Shown here: piece after piece, positions 56,204 to 64,000 of the stretch | How the letters are laid out: every line of letters starts with the position of its first letter | Numbering within the stretch: the first letter of the stretch is position 1 | NCBI GenBank assembly: GCA_034188985.1 | Contig: JAXHVT010000033.1 | Coordinates: forward strand, 43,190-107,189 | Direction of reading: 5' to 3' | Source: Actinomycetota bacterium | Lineage (GTDB): Bacteria > Actinomycetota > Geothermincolia > Geothermincolales > RBG-13-55-18 | DNA: 64,000 nucleotides | Notes under the pieces: generated by a model | What the model saw: the letters and a program-made list of their open reading frames with translations, nothing else | Databases searched by the model: none | Told to the model about the DNA's origin: nothing | Position numbers and translations under genes: made by a program

Positions 56204-57445
56204 ATGATCGTGAAGACCTTGAGCGTGCCCAACCTGCTCTGGTACGATAACCAGCCCAGGGAACAGGTTTTTCCCGAACGCTGGGATATGGAGCTGCTGG
56301 AGCCCCCGGGATTCACCAAGCCCGCCATCGACGAGGAAGGTATCGCCCGCGCTTTCGGCGAGCCCATTGGGTGTGCGACCCTGGAGGAGGTGGCGGCCAG
56401 TGCCGGCGATAGGGCGGAGGTGGCGGTGGTTTTCGACGATATCACCCGACCCACACCGCTCAAGGATGTCCTGCCTCCGATTATGAAGGCCTTGCAGGAC
56501 GCCGGGATACCCGATTCCAACATTCGTTTCATACCAGCCCTGGGCATGTACGGCGCCATGACCAATATGGAATTCAGGAAAAAGCTGGGAGACGAAATCG
56601 TGGAGGGATACCCCGTCTTCAATCACAATCCTTACGAGAACTGCGACTTCCTGGGAGAGACCCCCGGTGGAATACCCGTCTACATAAACCGCGAGTTCAT
56701 GTCCTGCGATCTTCGCATTGGCATTGGTTGCATAACCCCCCACGCTCACGTAGGCTTCGGAGGGGGCGGCAAGATAATCATGCCGGGTATAAGCGGAGCC
56801 GAGACCATAAAATACTTCCACCGGGACGTCGTTATGCGCGACGTTTCAGCCACCGGCCTGGGCAATTTCTACGGCAACGTCATGTACGCGGCGGTCGAGG
56901 AAGTGTTGGGGATGTCCGGCCTGCAGGTCAAAGTGGATGCCCTGATCAACAACTGCGGGAAGATCACGGACCTCTTCGTGGGGGATCCCGTTCAGGCCTT
57001 CAAGCGGGGGGTGGAGACGGCCAGGGAGCACTACGCCACACCCTCCAGCTCCGGTAAGGATATCGTGGTGGCCAACGCTTACGCCAAGTGCAACAAGATG
57101 GCCATCTGTATGCTCATGGCCCTGGTCACCGTGAACATGGCTCGCGGGGTTATCGTCCTGGTGGTCGACTCCCAGGAGGGGCAGGTCTGCCACTACCTGA
57201 TGAGGAGTTTCGGCAAGGAATACGGGGGAGAGCGCTACTTCCTGAGAGGAGTGCCTCCGGAGGTGTTGACGCTAATCGTCTGTTCCCGCTATCCAGATTC
57301 CACCATGTGCGACTTATTCGTTTGCGTCGAGGGAGTCACCTTCGCCCGCGACTGGTCCGAGACCCTGGCCATCCTGGAGGAGGAATATCCGGGAGAGGCC
57401 TCGGTGGCCGTGATACCCGACGGTACCATGCAATACTTCGGCTAA
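56204..57445 (+). CDS. LarA-like (nickel-pincer-dependent racemase family, DUF2088) protein
   Basis: 413 aa: VVFDDITRPTP, CITPHAHVGFGGGGKIIMPG, KYFH. The start may be the GTG at 56210, because GGAGG abuts the ATG at 56204. Confidence 0.7.
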   Translation: MIVKTLSVPNLLWYDNQPREQVFPERWDMELLEPPGFTKPAIDEEGIARAFGEPIGCATLEEVAASAGDRAEVAVVFDDITRPTPLKDVLPPIMKALQDAGIPDSNIRFIPALGMYGAMTNMEFRKKLGDEIVEGYPVFNHNPYENCDFLGETPGGIPVYINREFMSCDLRIGIGCITPHAHVGFGGGGKIIMPGISGAETIKYFHRDVVMRDVSATGLGNFYGNVMYAAVEEVLGMSGLQVKVDALINNCGKITDLFVGDPVQAFKRGVETAREHYATPSSSGKDIVVANAYAKCNKMAICMLMALVTVNMARGVIVLVVDSQEGQVCHYLMRSFGKEYGGERYFLRGVPPEVLTLIVCSRYPDSTMCDLFVCVEGVTFARDWSETLAILEEEYPGEASVAVIPDGTMQYFG

Positions 57446-57578
57446 CCCGTACGGTGGATCCCGTATACCGTGCGGGTTATAGCGGAGACGATACGGAGTT
57501 CGTAGCCCTGGCTGCAGCCCGGGCCTGCAGTATAAAGGAGGGTTAATTATCACCATCGGTAACCTGGGGAGTATAGCG

Positions 57579-58010
57579 ATGGTCTCCGGCCTCTTGTTGA
57601 ACGTCTACGAGAACCTGCAGGGGTTTTCCTCCAGCCGCAGGTTCCACGGCGGGCCGCTGAAGGAATTCGATGCCATCTCGGGAGTATTGGCGGATCTGGT
57701 CAGGGACATCGAGATTATCCGCATAATCGGGTACCAGTACGCACACATGGTAGACAGGCCGGACTTGTACGGGGAGCGGTGGTCCGACGAGATGGTAGCC
57801 AAGGGCAGGGCCTATAAGTATTTCGCCTGCGACCGTGCCGCCGAGGATCTTGGCAGGGTCATTAATCTCATGTATGTCTTCGGGACGGACAGGGATTGGG
57901 ACGTGGAGAAGCACTGGCGGGACCTGAAGATAATACAGCTCTGGATGGGCGGAAAGCAGCTGTGCCAGGTGAAAACGGCCCGCTGGTTCTATGGCTGCGA
58001 GACCCTGTAG
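57579..58010 (+). CDS. Acyl-CoA dehydrogenase C-terminal-domain-only protein
   Basis: 143 aa aligning to the ACAD C-terminal helical bundle (...RRFHGGPLKEFDAISGVLADL...KYFACDRA...HWRDLKIIQLWMGG...). No N-terminal or middle domain lies upstream. Confidence 0.6.
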   Translation: MVSGLLLNVYENLQGFSSSRRFHGGPLKEFDAISGVLADLVRDIEIIRIIGYQYAHMVDRPDLYGERWSDEMVAKGRAYKYFACDRAAEDLGRVINLMYVFGTDRDWDVEKHWRDLKIIQLWMGGKQLCQVKTARWFYGCETL

Positions 58011-58258
58011 CCGTTCCATGGACGGAGCGGCCGCGCGTTATACAGGGGGGGAGACGGTGGGGGGACCGGGGGAGAGGGCGGTTTCCGCCGTATGGTTAGC
58101 GGTCCCCGTGGTCTACGGACCTGCCGACATGCCACGGGATATAGCGTGAATGACGTTGGAGGGCGGAGAAGCACGCAGCGCCGGGAGAGGCGTTGGTGCG
58201 TATAGGCTTGGCGGGCGACATCAGGGGTACGTCGGCGGGATAATCGCCGGATAAGGAG

Positions 58259-58747
58259 GTGGGTCCTTCAGTGGACAGGGAGAAGGTGGTCCAGGTAGTC
58301 GAGAAGGCATGTCCATTCGCCAGGAAGGCCGGCATGCACATCGAGGAGATCGATGAACGAAAGGGAAGGGTCGCGCTGATCCTGGAGGACAACCCGGAGA
58401 ACCTTAACGCATTCGGGCTGGTTCATGCCGGAGCCATCTGCGGTTTCGTGGAGACGGCGGGCGGTATGGCGATCATGAGGCATATCGATCCCCGCGAGGT
58501 CATTCTGCTAAATACCGTTTTCAACATACGCTTCTCGCACCCGCCCAGGGGGGATTTGAGGTGCTCGGCCAGGTTCACCAACGAGGAGGCCGATGCGCTC
58601 ATGGAGGAGTTCGAGGAGGTGGGAAGGGCCGATAAGGCCATTGATCTCAAGGTATTCGACTCATCCGGGAACCTGGTGGCACAGGCGCAGGCAACCTTCC
58701 GCCTTATATCCACGCCCGAGAAGTACAAAAAGCATTTCAGCGGATAG
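58259..58747 (+). CDS. PaaI-type hotdog-fold thioesterase
   Basis: 162 aa with the NAFGLVHAGAICGFVETAGGMAI motif. Confidence 0.75.
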   Translation: MGPSVDREKVVQVVEKACPFARKAGMHIEEIDERKGRVALILEDNPENLNAFGLVHAGAICGFVETAGGMAIMRHIDPREVILLNTVFNIRFSHPPRGDLRCSARFTNEEADALMEEFEEVGRADKAIDLKVFDSSGNLVAQAQATFRLISTPEKYKKHFSG

Positions 58748-58866
58748 CGGCTCCAGGGCACCGGCGTCAGGCCCGAAGATATGCCTGGAGCTCGGCTGAT
58801 GGATTGTAGGAGCTAAAGACCGCTGAGCCAGCGGATAAGCACGAGGGTTCGTGGATGTTCACGGGT

Positions 58867-59540
58867 TCAGTAGATATCCCCGCCTATTCCTGCTCGAGAA
58901 TCCAGGATCCATTCCCTAAGAGCCGGACAGACCGCTGTTGATGGCCTCACGGCCTTCTCCGCCATGCCGTACAGATCGACGGACCAGCTATCCATGTAGC
59001 CCCGCCGGTGTATGAAGATGAAGCCTTCCACCAGGCCCCACAGATAGAAGGCGACCTCCTTGCTGTCGCCCTTTCTTATCCGGCCTTCGGCCATGCCTTC
59101 TTCGACTACCACTTGCAGGGCGGCTATGGCCGTGTCGCTCTTGGCGGTTATCTTTTCTCCAGTGGCGACGAAAGCCCGATCTGTTTGAATCCCATATCCA
59201 CGGAGCTCAGGATATCGTAATAGCTGGTGTATCCGGCGTAGAATCCGAGGTAGGTACGGCCCGGGGCTCGCAGCCTCTCCTCGTAGCTACCACCTCCTGT
59301 GAAGGCCTCGGAGAGCAGCCCGTTCAATATGTCCAGGCCCTCCTCGCACAGGGTGGCGTATATCTCGGCTTTATTCTGGAAATACAGGTAAGGGGTTCCC
59401 GTGGCCAGTTCCGCTCCCTCGGCGATCTCCTCCATTCTAGCGTCGAAAAACCCCTTCTCCAGGAAGAGTCGGCGGGCAGCGCCCAGTATCTCCTGGCGCC
59501 TGCGGGCCTTCTCCCTCTCCCTGCGTTCCTCTATTCCCAT
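58867..59540 (-). pseudogene. TetR-family regulator split by a single frameshift
   Basis: ORF 59148-59540 carries the HTH region (ILGAARRLFLEKGFFDARMEEIAEGAELATGTPYLYF) and stops at ...LEKR*. The C-terminal half (...EKITAKSDTAIAALQVVVEEGMAEGRIRKGD...) continues in another frame to 58867. The junction is the T4 run at 59153-59156, and the span is 3n+2. Confidence 0.7.
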
Positions 59541-59641
59541 AACGGTCCTTGCTTTCGCTGACGCGAGCCCTTCGGATACTCGATTGTATAAATATCAGGT
59601 GCTTTTCGTGCTCACGTGCCCTGGTTCTTCCTGGGTGGCGG

Positions 59642-60510
59642 CTATTTGAGCACCCACATGTCCTGGGACATGCCTCCGGTCAGCATCTTCAGGCCGTCCT
59701 CTTTTACCAGTTAGATGTCCTCGATCATGTACCCGAGCTCCTTGAGGCTCGGGACGTCGTAGCACCCCATCTCGATATATAGGGTCATGCCCGGCTGCAG
59801 GACAGTGAAGTCATCGTCCGCCAGCCATGGGTATTCGTGGTTGCCCAGCCCGATGCCGTGCCTCACGAAATCTATAGGCTCGCTCTGCATCCACCCCTGT
59901 TTTATGATGACGCGGTGGGCCAGGTCGCAGACGTCGCAGGCCCACATGCCCGGCATGATGTTATAGATTATCATGCGGCAGCCCATATAACCGGGTCGGC
60001 GGGCACCATGGTCGCCGAGGGAAGCGCCGCCCTGAAGGCGTCCAGCTCATCCAGGGAGACGTTGGTCACGAAGCTGTCGCCCCTCTCCCAGCCGGGCACG
60101 CTCTTGTCCACGCCCAGGTCCTTGAGGGCGTTCAAGAAGTATTCCTGGAATGGCATGGGCAGATGCCAGATGGGGGTATTCGGCACCAGGTGCGCACGTC
60201 GGGGACATGGGTGGTCTGCAGGGCGTTGTTGTTGAAGGCGTTCTCCACGATGAGCACGGTGGGCTTGTCCTTGGCAGTATGGCGAAGTACCTTCAGCGGT
60301 GGGTCTCCATGAGGCAGGGGTCCCGGAAGCCCACGAAGCAATATATGTTGACGGGGGAGAAGAGGATCATAGTATCCATGTCCTTCTACTCCATGAGTTC
60401 CCGTGCCTTCTTATTGCGTAGCTCGTACTCGGACTGGGGTGGGGTTGGATAGGATAGGGTGTCTCAGAAGCTTGACCGCCCCAATCCACTTCCGTTACAT
60501 ACTCCGACAT
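59642..60510 (-). pseudogene. M24-family (Xaa-Pro / creatinase-like) peptidase, heavily degraded
   Basis: GGAGG plus an ATG at 60510. Homologous pieces lie in several frames (SEYELRNKKARELME*KDMDTMILFSPVNIY; ...SLDELDAFRAALPSATMVPADPVI; ...HGIGLGNHEYPW...GYMIEDI*LVKEDGLKMLTG). In-frame TAG at 60386-60388 and TAA at 59711-59713, plus about four frame changes. Confidence 0.7.
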
Positions 60511-60833
60511 GTATATCCCCTCCTAGCTTTCATCCGGGAATTATCGATCGATGGTTCACGGCGCTTCGGATATACCACTCCCTAGGTAAGTGATGCATGT
60601 AACCAGGTTGGAATAGATATTGGCATGAATATAATTCATATAATTAACTAGGATCATGCTACGGCCGGAAGATACCGATGTCAACACGTGAAGATGTCTC
60701 GAGCACCGCTATCACTCCTGGCCTCACTCCTAGAGGTGAATACGCCGGGCAATAGCGAATCGCCGGTGGAATGATAAGCTTGATAGCGGAGGTCGCCGAC
60801 GCCCTGGAGCCGTTCGCCGGATTCGCTTAACGC

Positions 60834-62047
60834 TCAGTCGCCCTTATTGCACGGGCCGGTCTCCTCGACCTTCAGTATCACCACGATGAGACCGACGACG
60901 GCCATTGCCATCAGGAAAAGCAAGGCTACGCGATAGTCCGGCCTCTCCTCGTTGCCCATCTTGAGCAGCTCCATGATTACCGGTATGAAGACGGAGACTA
61001 TGCTGCCAACCGCCATCAGCGTCCCCACCGCCGATCCGGCCAGGCTCAAGGGCTTATTGGAGATATGGGCTATCAGTAAAATCATGGGTATGGGAACCGA
61101 AGCCGCGATTATCAGGAAAGGTTTTCGCAGTCCCACCTTCTCGGAGAGTCCGGGTAGGATGGCCGCTCCCACTATGCCGCCCACGGTTATCACCGCGGCC
61201 ACGTAGGAGGCGAAACTGGGCGTGAATCCTTGATAGCTGATGATCTTCTCCATAGTTACCGTAAGTCCTATGTGCATGCCGTAGCCGATGAGGGAGACAA
61301 GGCACAGGGTGCGGAAGTTGGCGGAGCGTATGAAGTGTTGCAGCGACTCGATAATGCCCATCTTGACCTCCTAGGGCAGGGGACCGGAAGGGGTGGGCGG
61401 TTCCTCCCTGTAGAAGATGATGAAGATGACGGTGGACACGGCTACGATGACGGCGAAGACGGTGAGCACGCGGTTCATGACCACCGACATAACGCTCATG
61501 GCGGCGTCCTCCGGGATGGAGGCCACCGCGGTTACCAGGGAAGCCCTATGGCGGTGCTCAGGTAAAAGAACATGGTGGACAGCCCTAAGGACATAGTCCG
61601 GTCTTCTCCACGAACCACTTAATATGCATCTTGGACATGTTGCTGAGGATGAACACGGCGGTTATGCCGAAGACGGTCTGTATGGCCATGAATATCCAGT
61701 ACTGGATGCCCCCGACAGGCCCAGGTGGGGGATGATAGCGCGAAGCATACCGAAGACGGACAGTATTATGGCCCCCAGGGATACCGCGAACTTGAATCCT
61801 CGCTTGTCGGACAGGTCGCCGGCGTAGGACACGGGGAAAACGAACATCAGCGGCCCCACCAGTGACAGGAGCCGTATCTTGCCCGAGCCCACGCCCAGGA
61901 TTTCCTCTACGCTGCTCCCGATGGGAGCGAAATTATCCACGGAAAATCTTTTACCACCAGCACAAGCCCGAAGACCAGCAGCACCACCCAGCGGTAGCTG
62001 TAGTTGCGGTACTCCTCCGCTCCTGAGGTATTCTCCAATACAACCAT
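60834..62047 (-). pseudogene. MFS transporter, heavily degraded
   Basis: The ATG at 62047 opens MVVLENTSGAEEYRNYSYRWVVLLVFG.... MFS segments (...AGDLSDKRGFKF..., ...IQYWIFMAIQTVFGITAVFILS..., ...MSVMSVVMNRVLTVFAVIVAV...) lie in different frames. There are about four frame changes and an in-frame TAG at 61371-61373. Only the last 175 aa (60834-61361) are intact. Confidence 0.65.
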
Positions 62048-62350
62048 CCCCGATCCGCTTAAGGGGATTCTATTGGAAACCTCTCTGGTCAGCCAGCTTT
62101 AAAAACGTCAGAAGACGGGGTCAGCCCCGGAAATATGACATATTTAACCATGACGCGTTGATCCTGATATCGTGGGCTCAACGGATTTGAGCCCCTACGA
62201 ATCCGATAAAGCGACCGGCACATGTGACACATGTGGGTTCCCCACCGCTATAAGATGGGTCACCCTTAAAATCTGTCTGCTTATTGTCGGGCCAGACCTG
62301 GTGCCTTGATCCAATTCCGTCATTGCTCATCAGTCTGATCACCAGACATG

Positions 62351-62370
62351 GCCTGGCATCCATGCCAGGC
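62351..62370 (-). terminator. Palindromic hairpin about 50 nt downstream of trpA
   Basis: GCCTGGCAT-cc-ATGCCAGGC, a perfect 9-nt inverted repeat with no U-tract. Confidence 0.3.
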
Positions 62371-62419
62371 TGGTATAATAAGGTAGATAATTCAAGATCA
62401 AAGATGTGAACCCCTCTTA

Positions 62420-63208
62420 CTAAAGCAGGGAGGCTTTGAGCCTTTCGGCCAGCTCGCCCGCGCTGCGTGCCGGGTCTTCACCACGGTCGAGGGCGTCTAT
62501 GGCCTTTTTCACCAGGGCGCTGCCCACCACCACGGCATCGGCCAGCTCACCGGCGCGTCTGCACTGCTCGGGGGTGGAGATGCCGAGGCCCAGTGCAAGG
62601 GGTGCGTCGCAGTGTACCCTTACCCGTGACATGAAGTTCGCCAGCCCGTCGGACATACGCTTCCTCATCCCCGTGGTGCCTTTCACCGCTATACAGTAGA
62701 GAAAGCCCTGCGTGAGACGGGCAAGTTTCTCCAACCTGTCTGGCGGAGTGGTCATGGAAGCGAAGAGGATGGTGGACAGGTTCTCTCCCCCCGCCGCCTT
62801 CCTCCAATCCTCAATCTCCTCCGGGGGCAGGTCGGGAACGAGGACACCGTCCATCCCGCATCGCGATGCCTCGGCAGCGAAGCGGGCCGGGCCCAGGCGG
62901 TGTACGGGGTTGTAGTAGGTCATGGCCAGGAGTGGTTTGTCCGTCTCGCGTCTCAGCGCCGAGAAGATATTCATGATGTCCTCGACCCGGGTTCCCGCCT
63001 CGAGAGCCCTGCGGGAGGACTCTTGGATAACGGGGCCATCCATGACCGGATCGGAGAAGGGGATGCCCAGCTCTAGGATATCGCAGCCACGCAGTAGAGA
63101 CCTGGCGATATCCAGAGACGTATCCACGTCGGGGAATCCCGCCGTCGCGTAGCCTATAAGGGCCTTGCCATTGTCCGGTCTCTTGAACAGTCTGTCGATG
63201 CGGTTCAT
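62420..63208 (-). CDS. trpA: Tryptophan synthase alpha chain
   Basis: 262 aa: [43 protein letters not shown]. Confidence 0.95.
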   Translation of the reverse strand: MNRIDRLFKRPDNGKALIGYATAGFPDVDTSLDIARSLLRGCDILELGIPFSDPVMDGPVIQESSRRALEAGTRVEDIMNIFSALRRETDKPLLAMTYYNPVHRLGPARFAAEASRCGMDGVLVPDLPPEEIEDWRKAAGGENLSTILFASMTTPPDRLEKLARLTQGFLYCIAVKGTTGMRKRMSDGLANFMSRVRVHCDAPLALGLGISTPEQCRRAGELADAVVVGSALVKKAIDALDRGEDPARSAGELAERLKASLL

Positions 63209-64000
63209 TGCGATATCCCTTCCTTCTTGATCAGGGTGTCCACGTCCTTGTCGCCTCTCCCGGACAGGCAGACGACAAGCGTATCCTCAGCGGGCATCTC
63301 CCGGGCCAGCTTCATAGCCTGGGCCACGGCGTGGGCGCTCTCCAAGGCGGGGAGTATGCCCTCGGTCTCGCACAATACCCGCGTGGCCTCAAGCGCCTCC
63401 TCGTCGCTTACGCGGAGATAGCTGGCTCTCCCCGATCTCTTGAGAAAAGCGTGCTCCGGGCCTACCCCCGGGTAATCAAGGCCGGCTGATATGGAATGGG
63501 TTTCCAGCACCTGGCCGTCGTCGTCCTGGAGAAGGTAGCTCCGTGCTCCGTGCAGCACCCCTTCGGACCCCAGGCACAGCGAGCTGCCGTGGTTCCCCGG
63601 CTCGGGGCCACGGCCCCCGGCCTCCACGCCCACCAAGCGTACCCCGTCCTCTATAAAGGGATGGAAGAGGCCGATGGAGTTGCTGCCGCCGCCGACGCAG
63701 GCCACCAGGCAGTCGGGCAGACGGCCGATACGCTCCAGGGCCTGCTCCCTCGCCTCTTGGCCAATCACCGACTGGAAGTCCCTTACCATCATGGGAAAGG
63801 GATGGGGCCCCACCACCGACCCTATGCAGTAATGGGTGTAGTCGGAGGTGGCCACCCAGTCCCGTAGGGCAGCGTTGACCGCGTCCTTGAGGATAAGGGA
63901 TCCGGTGCGCACGGGTATGACCCGTGCCCCCAATAGCTCCATGCGAAAGACGTTGAGGGACTGCCTGCCCATGTCCGTCTCCCCCATGAACACGTCACAT
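63205..64000 (-). CDS. trpB: Tryptophan synthase beta chain (N-terminus beyond window edge)
   Basis: ...[20 protein letters not shown]..., [16 protein letters not shown]. The stop overlaps the trpA start (ATGA), and the ORF is open to position 64000. Confidence 0.95.
   Translation of the reverse strand, partial: CDVFMGETDMGRQSLNVFRMELLGARVIPVRTGSLILKDAVNAALRDWVATSDYTHYCIGSVVGPHPFPMMVRDFQSVIGQEAREQALERIGRLPDCLVACVGGGSNSIGLFHPFIEDGVRLVGVEAGGRGPEPGNHGSSLCLGSEGVLHGARSYLLQDDDGQVLETHSISAGLDYPGVGPEHAFLKRSGRASYLRVSDEEALEATRVLCETEGILPALESAHAVAQAMKLAREMPAEDTLVVCLSGRGDKDVDTLIKKEGISQ

Noticed and set aside
60834-61373. The idea that the MFS gene is a functional split gene, because AGGAGG lies 5 nt upstream of the ATG at 61361, right after the in-frame TAG.
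   Set aside because: The N-terminal half is itself broken by several frameshifts, so overall decay is the simpler explanation. The C-terminal 175-aa ORF might still be translated.
62285-62315. Minus-strand CACCAGGUCUGGCCCGACAAUAAGCAGAC, which resembles the SRP (4.5S) RNA domain IV.
   Set aside because: The conserved GGAA tetraloop and the GGAAGCAGC symmetric-loop sequence are absent, and no long closing helix could be drawn.
62326-62333. CUGAUGAG on the minus strand, which is the hammerhead ribozyme core motif.
   Set aside because: The downstream sequence lacks the required GAAA box and the three-stem arrangement. It is an isolated 8-mer match.
62178-62363. 61-aa minus-strand track ORF in the trpA-MFS gap.
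   Set aside because: It has no Shine-Dalgarno, an atypical composition and no recognisable motif, and it overlaps the palindromic elements.
1-64000. Search for CRISPR arrays, rRNA/tRNA genes, transposases, integrases, reverse transcriptases, toxin-antitoxin pairs or known defence-system genes.
   Set aside because: I found no regularly spaced direct repeats, no tRNA-like T-arm/acceptor patterns in intergenic regions, and no ORF with the motifs of these families. The scan was manual only, so short or degenerate elements could be missed.

Overview
This is a bacterial chromosomal window of about 60% GC, densely coding with roughly 60 genes. All calls rest on reading the supplied ORF translations and the DNA by eye; no searches were run.

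Main blocks:
1. 0-28 kb holds mixed genes. They include an M14-like probable pseudo-peptidase, a GerMN lipoprotein and two tandem PHP phosphoesterases. A Cache-HAMP-PAS histidine kinase is followed by only a stub of a response regulator. DUF2804-like, VOC and FmdE-like genes follow, then a DapF homologue in which both catalytic cysteines read as serine, and a DUF72 gene. A B12-type radical SAM gene lies divergent from a CheY-like receiver and next to a membrane-domain::phytoene-desaturase-like fusion. The block ends with several basic-tailed membrane proteins, a Bacillus-type sigma-H, ispH and a UbiA-family prenyltransferase.
2. 28.7-36.2 kb is an actinobacterial-style heat-shock locus, dnaK-hsp20-grpE-dnaJ-hspR-clpB. 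A HAIR-like operator overlaps a consensus promoter upstream of dnaK.
3. Next come purA, an Rnk/GreA-like gene, and a secreted beta-propeller protein of about 820 aa that ends in four tandem AEG...ERPMYF modules.
4. 43.4-55.2 kb is a complete purine operon, purD-E-B-C::S-Q-L-F-M-N-H. purC and purS form one reading frame, and there is no purK.
5. Then a second hsp20, a LarA-like gene, an acyl-CoA-dehydrogenase C-terminal-domain-only gene and a PaaI-type thioesterase.
6. A 3.2-kb patch of gene decay follows, in which a TetR regulator, an M24 peptidase and an MFS transporter are all disrupted.
7. The window ends with trpA and a partial trpB.

I recognised no rRNA, tRNA, CRISPR array, transposase, integrase or known defence system. 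No single obvious novel system stands out. The most unusual items are:
- the Ser/Ser DapF homologue
- the repeat-module secreted protein
- the radical-SAM / membrane-fused oxidoreductase neighbourhood
- an in-frame TAG placed exactly after a signal peptide
- the purC::purS fusion
- the localised pseudogene cluster
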